Below, piece after piece: positions 15,504 through 20,000 of a stretch of DNA of 20,000 bases. Position 1 is the stretch's first letter, and each line of letters starts with the position of its first letter. The DNA lies in the IMG/VR virus record IMGVR_UViG_3300005098_000230. One strand, 5' to 3'. A program made the translations under genes and the position numbers. The notes beneath the pieces are model-generated. The model had not been told where the DNA came from and did not search any database. It saw nothing but the letters and a program-made list of their open reading frames with translations. This stretch comes from an uncultured virus (IMG/VR IMGVR_UViG_3300005098_000230) (Duplodnaviria; Heunggongvirae; Uroviricota; Caudoviricetes).

Positions 15504-15986
15504 TTAGTTACCGTGAACTATCTGAAGAATAATATCTGCTTCTCTCCTGTCGCTTTCCTTCTCGTCTTCGGGAAGTTCTGCATAAGACGTGTTTATTTGC
15601 CTTTTCCACCGCTCAACAGCCCATGCTGGAATTGTGACTGTACCATCAGCATTTTGGATGGACTTCTCAAATAGGTACGCCATCCACCCAGCCCAAGCAG
15701 TATGAGCATAATCGGCAAGTTTCTCTCTGACCGTATCGCAATCAGCTCTCAAGCGTGTCTCAGGTAGTTGGAAATGGGCACCACGCCCGCCTGTGATGGC
15801 GATTGGTGGGTGCTTGCTACCGAGCAAGGCCACCCAGACGTTGCCGAAAAGCAAGATTGATAGGCGCTCACGAAGTGACACACGCCAGCGAGTGATGAAC
15901 ACCTTACCATCTGTGTATGCTGGCAAGCCCCCAATTCCATCCCCACCAAGTACAGTGTTTACATCCTCAAATGTAATCGGTTCCAC
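15504..15986 (-). CDS. Two-domain hypothetical protein with C-terminal RyR-like domain
   Basis: GTG 15986 follows AAGGAGGT. The C-terminal EKLADYAHTAW...SYAELPEDEKESDR matches the RyR-domain LAxxxHxxW...YxxLxExEKxxDR pattern. Confidence 0.65.
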   Translation of the reverse strand: MEPITFEDVNTVLGGDGIGGLPAYTDGKVFITRWRVSLRERLSILLFGNVWVALLGSKHPPIAITGGRGAHFQLPETRLRADCDTVREKLADYAHTAWAGWMAYLFEKSIQNADGTVTIPAWAVERWKRQINTSYAELPEDEKESDRREADIILQIVHGN

Positions 15987-15991
15987 TCTTA

Positions 15992-16963
15992 TTAACCTCC
16001 TTCGATGGAATTTCTCAACCACTTCTCTCTCAGCCCCGGCCCGTACTTATTCTTCCGGGGCTGTACCCTCTGCACATACACGCGGGTGGTACTCAGGTTC
16101 TTGTGGCCGAGGGCGGCCTGTGCTTCGGGCATCGAGGCCCCACTATCGGCCACGCCACGGGCGAAAGTGTGGCGGAAGGTGTGGACTCCTATGCGGAGGC
16201 CCACTTTCTCCGCATATTTCTTCACCCGATGGTAGATTGTCCAACTACTCATTGGGGGTACTGGCTCATCCTCTGGGCAAGCCCAAGTGGAAATGAACAG
16301 CCCAGACTCCGGCTTCATCACCCCCAACCGCCCCCAGGCTCGCAGGTACTCCACAATGGCGTCCCGCGCTGCGGGATCGAGCTCCGCTTCCTCCGTCTCG
16401 CCGCCCTTAGCGATGTAGCGGATGGTGTACGGCTGCTCAAACAGCCGCACATCGGCCCACCGCAGGCGGGCAATTTCAGAGCGCCGGCGACCAGTGAGAA
16501 GGTAGGTGAGGATCATGGCATAGTCTCTCTGACCAATGCGGGTGTCGCGGGGAATGACGGCGAGCAGGCGCTGGACCTCCCCGTCTGAGAGGGCGCGGGA
16601 GGTATTGTAGGGCTTGATGCGCTTGCGCTCCACCTTGTCCACAGGGTTCTCTTGGAGCAGTCCCTTGTCCACGAGGTATTTGAAATAGGCGGAGATCATA
16701 CTCACCCGGGCGTAGACGGTGGTGGGGGCAAAGCCGGCAAGCTCCTGCTCGACCCGCCATGCCTCTACGTCCAGTGAGGTTACTTCGCGGGGATGCTTCC
16801 CGCACCACGCGAGGAAATTGGAGACAGTGTGGACTCTTTTGACAGCGTTGGAGCGGGCTGTGACCTGATTTGGCTGGAGATTGGCCACGGCCCAAGCTAC
16901 CACTGATTGCGTGACTGCCGTTTCCTCCTCGATGGGAATGAGATTCTTGTTTCCCTCGTTCAT
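15992..16963 (-). CDS. Tyrosine recombinase (XerC/D-like, no arm-binding domain evident)
   Basis: Catalytic set intact: TGRRRSE (R), AKGG (K), HTFRH (HxxR), LGH, TTRVY (Y). N-terminal core-binding domain (APTTVYARVSMISAYFKYL...NPV). Confidence 0.93.
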   Translation of the reverse strand: MNEGNKNLIPIEEETAVTQSVVAWAVANLQPNQVTARSNAVKRVHTVSNFLAWCGKHPREVTSLDVEAWRVEQELAGFAPTTVYARVSMISAYFKYLVDKGLLQENPVDKVERKRIKPYNTSRALSDGEVQRLLAVIPRDTRIGQRDYAMILTYLLTGRRRSEIARLRWADVRLFEQPYTIRYIAKGGETEEAELDPAARDAIVEYLRAWGRLGVMKPESGLFISTWACPEDEPVPPMSSWTIYHRVKKYAEKVGLRIGVHTFRHTFARGVADSGASMPEAQAALGHKNLSTTRVYVQRVQPRKNKYGPGLREKWLRNSIEGG

Positions 16964-16976
16964 AATCTATCATCCC

Positions 16977-17702
16977 TCACAATCGGCAAGCACACGGCAA
17001 CCACGCCGAAAAGTCCATTTCTAGCTGCCCTTGCCAGCGGCGCTCCCGATGCTGACGCAGGCTGATTCCCTGTGGGTCTAGTGTGGCCCACTTCCCACAA
17101 TGCTCACTGGCATTGTCTTCAAGCGCAATGGCCCTATCGTACAAATCGGGATAGTCATAGTATAATCGCCGCCACTCGCCCAGACCTTGCCCGGGACAGA
17201 AAAAGCACGCCGATTTGCGCGGCGCCAGCAGGCCAGCTCGCTGTATAATGCGCCGGCACTCCTCGCGGTTGATACCCTCCTCGACCAACGGGTATCTGAC
17301 AGACGGATCGTCTCGAACACGACGCGGCTCGCTGGCGGAGATGCCAAGTAACGAAACATCATAACCATGCGCTTGTGCCCAGCGATTGAGTGGATCGCGC
17401 TTCCACTCTACCGAGCACCAGCGTACAGCTAACAGTGGTATGATGCCGACCCGCAGGCAATAGGCCTCCAATGGCACACTGGCCTTTTTGCTGTGGTACT
17501 CGGACCCTGGCGTCAATCGAGTGATCTCCAAACCACGGGGCTTGAGGAATTCCCGCTCGAAGTATGTCAGATAGCAGTAGGTGTCTGGATGCTCACTGCC
17601 TGTATCCGCAAACACAATTGGGCCACGCCAACCCTGCTCAGCCAGCATGATGGTCATCGCCACGCTGTTAACACCCCCACCGAATGAGATCATCTCGGGC
17701 AT
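16977..17702 (-). CDS. PAPS reductase-like (PP-loop/HUP) protein, 241 aa
   Basis: ISFGGGVNS PP-loop variant, FADTGSEHPDTY, RWCSVEWK, YPL, KSACFFCP. ATG 17702 lies 1 bp after the MTase stop. Confidence 0.85.
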   Translation of the reverse strand: MPEMISFGGGVNSVAMTIMLAEQGWRGPIVFADTGSEHPDTYCYLTYFEREFLKPRGLEITRLTPGSEYHSKKASVPLEAYCLRVGIIPLLAVRWCSVEWKRDPLNRWAQAHGYDVSLLGISASEPRRVRDDPSVRYPLVEEGINREECRRIIQRAGLLAPRKSACFFCPGQGLGEWRRLYYDYPDLYDRAIALEDNASEHCGKWATLDPQGISLRQHRERRWQGQLEMDFSAWLPCACRL

Positions 17703-17703
17703 A

Positions 17704-19221
17704 TCATCCTGTCTCCGCAACCTCTTGGAACAGTGGTAAGCCTTCCCAATCAGTCTCAACCTCTCCCGCCCTTCCTTCCCACTCGGCCAGCCTGTCCAAC
17801 TCCAAGCGCTCGCGGGCCTGATCACGGAGGTAAGGGAGAGACAGGTCGAGACCAACAGCACGGCGTCCCAACTCACGGGCCTTGAGGAGCGTTGTACCAG
17901 AACCGACGAATGGATCAAAGACAATGCAGGGCACAGGCTCGCCTATGTCACAGTTACAGGTAGGCTGCCAGCGATTAGTCGCTCGTCTCGTTGGCATCCA
18001 TCCTGTGCTGTCCACCTTCGTCGGACTGTTATTGGGGCAATGGGCTACTTCCCTCTTGTTTATATGGCCTGTGCGCTCTGCCACCCTCTCCCACGGCGCA
18101 CCGCACTTCGGGCAGCATCCGCGCTCTGAGGTACTGGCCTTGATCAATGGTTCGATGAGGTCAGGATTGAAAGTGGCAAAGTGTGCCCCACTATACGGCC
18201 TCGTGGGGAACACCAGTGCCAGCGGATTGCCGCCTTCGTCTAACAGCATTCCGCCGTTGTCTCGGATACGGCATAAGTGGCGAAGATAAGCACGCTGCTC
18301 CTCAATCAAGGCATCCAGCGATTCGAGGAACCAATCGGAGGTGCGGCGGTTGCGACCGTTAGGATTAGGGCGCAGGTCTGCCCCTGGCTGAAGCGCAGAG
18401 CTTTGACTTACACCCAGCACCTTCTCTCGGTAATAGCGCCCCTTTCGAGTATCTGATGATTGCTTGTCGCCACCCCATCGGTTGATAGGGCCATCATAAG
18501 CTACCCTCACCGCATCCAGGTCCCAAAAGTACCGCTTTGATTTGGTGAGGAGGAACCAATATTCGTGGGCCGTTGTAGGGCGATCAGTGACGCTCTCGGG
18601 CATTGCGTTCTTCTTGATCCACAGCGGAGCCGAGCGCAACCACCACCCGTCAGCTTGGAGCGCGAGGGCCACGCGCCAGGGAATGCCGCAGAGGTCTTTG
18701 GGTTTGAGGCCGGCCTTTGTCTTATCCGACGCGCTACGATGTGGCTTGCCACCATCTACGGTTTCTCCACCGCGCCCGTTTCCGGGGTTGGTAGCATAAC
18801 TATCCCCCAAGTTCAGCCAGCACGTGCCGTCCCTCCTGAGCACCCGCCGCACCTCGCGGAAAATGAGGACTAGGTGCTCGATGTACATCTCTGGGGTTGG
18901 TTCGAGACCGAGGCAACCGAGCCATGCGCCACATTTAGCACAATAACCTTGCCCCACTTCAATCTTCGGAATGCTACCCTGCTTGTGACCGCCACCACGG
19001 TATTGCTCTCCGAGTTTGGCAAGCCCTAGCCCAGTGCGCATTTCGCCCTTGACCATCTCTGTAACCCACTCATGCTCACAGCTCGGATCGCCGCCCCACA
19101 CACTTGGCGGTAGCCCGTAATCGCGCAAACCCCAGTAGGGAGGGCTTGTGACCACGCAATGCACTGATTCATTGCGCAAAGGGATATGTGTTGCAGTTGC
19201 ATTGATCAATAGGACGGTCAT
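17704..19221 (-). CDS. DNA amino-methyltransferase, beta class (N4-C or N6-A)
   Basis: Motif IV TSPPYW is N-terminal and motif I FDPFVGSGTT is C-terminal. WLNLGDSY and HFATF are present, along with Cys-rich inserts. Confidence 0.93.
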   Translation of the reverse strand: MTVLLINATATHIPLRNESVHCVVTSPPYWGLRDYGLPPSVWGGDPSCEHEWVTEMVKGEMRTGLGLAKLGEQYRGGGHKQGSIPKIEVGQGYCAKCGAWLGCLGLEPTPEMYIEHLVLIFREVRRVLRRDGTCWLNLGDSYATNPGNGRGGETVDGGKPHRSASDKTKAGLKPKDLCGIPWRVALALQADGWWLRSAPLWIKKNAMPESVTDRPTTAHEYWFLLTKSKRYFWDLDAVRVAYDGPINRWGGDKQSSDTRKGRYYREKVLGVSQSSALQPGADLRPNPNGRNRRTSDWFLESLDALIEEQRAYLRHLCRIRDNGGMLLDEGGNPLALVFPTRPYSGAHFATFNPDLIEPLIKASTSERGCCPKCGAPWERVAERTGHINKREVAHCPNNSPTKVDSTGWMPTRRATNRWQPTCNCDIGEPVPCIVFDPFVGSGTTLLKARELGRRAVGLDLSLPYLRDQARERLELDRLAEWEGRAGEVETDWEGLPLFQEVAETG

Positions 19222-19224
19222 GGA

Positions 19225-19386
19225 TACATACCTGTAAACGCCTTCCAGGACGCCCCCAGAGGGGCGAAAATGCCAAAAATGAGTTGTGAATCATGTACTG
19301 CCTCTCCCGCCGCTCCTGGGCCTTCCTGGGGCTTTGGGAGGGGTATTTTGCCACAGGTGGTGGCAAAAAGTCTTTACAGGTCTGTA
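19225..19386. repeat. Inverted-repeat-bounded structured intergenic element
   Basis: TACATACCTGTAAA (19225-38) and TTTACAGGTCTGTA (19373-86) form a 13/14 inverted repeat, with internal hairpins. Confidence 0.7.
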
Positions 19387-19389
19387 CTA

Positions 19390-19587
19390 TTACTGTAAAA
19401 GGTGCTCAAAACGCTGAAAGTTGATGATACCTACGCTGCTCAGCCCTGCGTCCCGCTGCAACTGTTGGGCGATCTCCTGTAGGTGTTCAACCCCGCTTAT
19501 CGGTCGGTCGCACTGGACTTGGGCATATCCGAAGCCTAGCTTCCCGTCTTTCTCAAAACTGAGATAACTCACAAAATAGCGGACCAT
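19390..19587 (-). CDS. Hypothetical protein (65 aa)
   Basis: MVRYFVSYLSFEKDGKLGFG... with SD GAGGAGG before ATG 19587. Confidence 0.7.
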   Translation of the reverse strand: MVRYFVSYLSFEKDGKLGFGYAQVQCDRPISGVEHLQEIAQQLQRDAGLSSVGIINFQRFEHLLQ

Positions 19588-19604
19588 TCTAGCTTGTCCT
19601 CCTC

Positions 19605-19736
19605 TTACCTTTGCGGGCGAGATAAAGCAGACAGGATCAGCAGCATAACCCAAATCGGAGCCGTAATCACAAAGACAAAGAGGAGGCCGAGGGCCATGCC
19701 TATTCTGATCAGTACCACGAGCGCTCTCTCAGTCAT
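19605..19736 (-). CDS. Small hydrophobic membrane peptide (43 aa)
   Basis: Not in the ORF track. MTERALVVLIRIGMALGLLFVFVITAPIWVMLLILSALSRPQR, with ATGA overlap on the upstream MTase stop. Confidence 0.6.
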   Translation of the reverse strand: MTERALVVLIRIGMALGLLFVFVITAPIWVMLLILSALSRPQR

Positions 19737-20000
19737 CTTTGACCCTTCAATGCCTCACTCAACCGCTGTGCCAGCAGCGGGGGCACGGCGTTACCGATGT
19801 GCTTCGCCGTCATCCCCGGCAGGCAGGGTAATCCTTGCAACATCGCCATCTCCTGCTGGCGAACGCGCCAGTATTGCCCATTGTGCACGATGTGGGCATA
19901 GCGCGTCCCGGCCGCCGATGCTGTGACGGTGAACGCCGGCAGGGTCAACGGCCGCACATGCAGATGGTCACGCCGACCACTGCTATTCCTCGCCGAGAGT
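19733..20000 (-). CDS. C5-cytosine DNA methyltransferase, C-terminal part (5' truncated by window)
   Basis: Frame is open to the window edge. RPLTLPAFTVTAS, EMAMLQGLP (motif IX-like) and IGNAVPP (motif X). Confidence 0.8.
   Translation of the reverse strand, partial: LSARNSSGRRDHLHVRPLTLPAFTVTASAAGTRYAHIVHNGQYWRVRQQEMAMLQGLPCLPGMTAKHIGNAVPPLLAQRLSEALKGQR

Noticed and set aside
16977..17702. Complete Dnd/Ssp phosphorothioation or sulfate-assimilation pathway
   Set aside because: No cysteine desulfurase, ATPase or other Dnd/Ssp/Cys partner genes are present in the window.
17703..17924. N-terminal 74 aa of the 315-aa PAPS-like ORF
   Set aside because: It overlaps the MTase C-terminus. The PP-loop begins right after ATG 17702.
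19169..19366. 65-aa ORF upstream of the MTase
   Set aside because: TTG start with no SD, it runs through hairpins and overlaps the MTase. The region is more likely non-coding.
1..20000. tRNA, rRNA, IS transposase, intron or reverse transcriptase/DGR
   Set aside because: No recognisable signatures were found by eye.

Overview
The whole window is a tailed-phage or prophage segment read almost entirely on the minus strand. No tail sheath gene is visible, so the morphology is probably siphovirus-like. In transcription order (right to left) there is first a ~7 kb tightly coupled accessory/DNA-metabolism block: the end of a C5-cytosine methyltransferase, a beta-class amino-methyltransferase, a PAPS-reductase-like PP-loop protein, a Xer-like tyrosine recombinase, a RyR-domain fusion, an RlpA-like protein, a spore-photoproduct-lyase-like radical SAM enzyme and an FlbD-like protein. 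Next is a ~350 nt non-coding control region with a strong sigma70 promoter, two palindromic repeats, a structured leader and an intrinsic terminator. The virion operon follows: Mu gpI-like protease/scaffold, decoration protein, major capsid, connector, holin-like protein, neck proteins, tail tube, tail chaperones, tape measure and a Dit-like protein that runs off the window edge. Terminase and portal are not in the window. Two self-contained plus-strand units are embedded: a LITAF-like moron gene and a promoter-sRNA-terminator cassette antisense to a coding region. The most novel-looking signals are the non-coding RNA elements and the methylase/PAPS/radical-SAM cluster. All protein calls come from motif recognition by eye; no database search was run.
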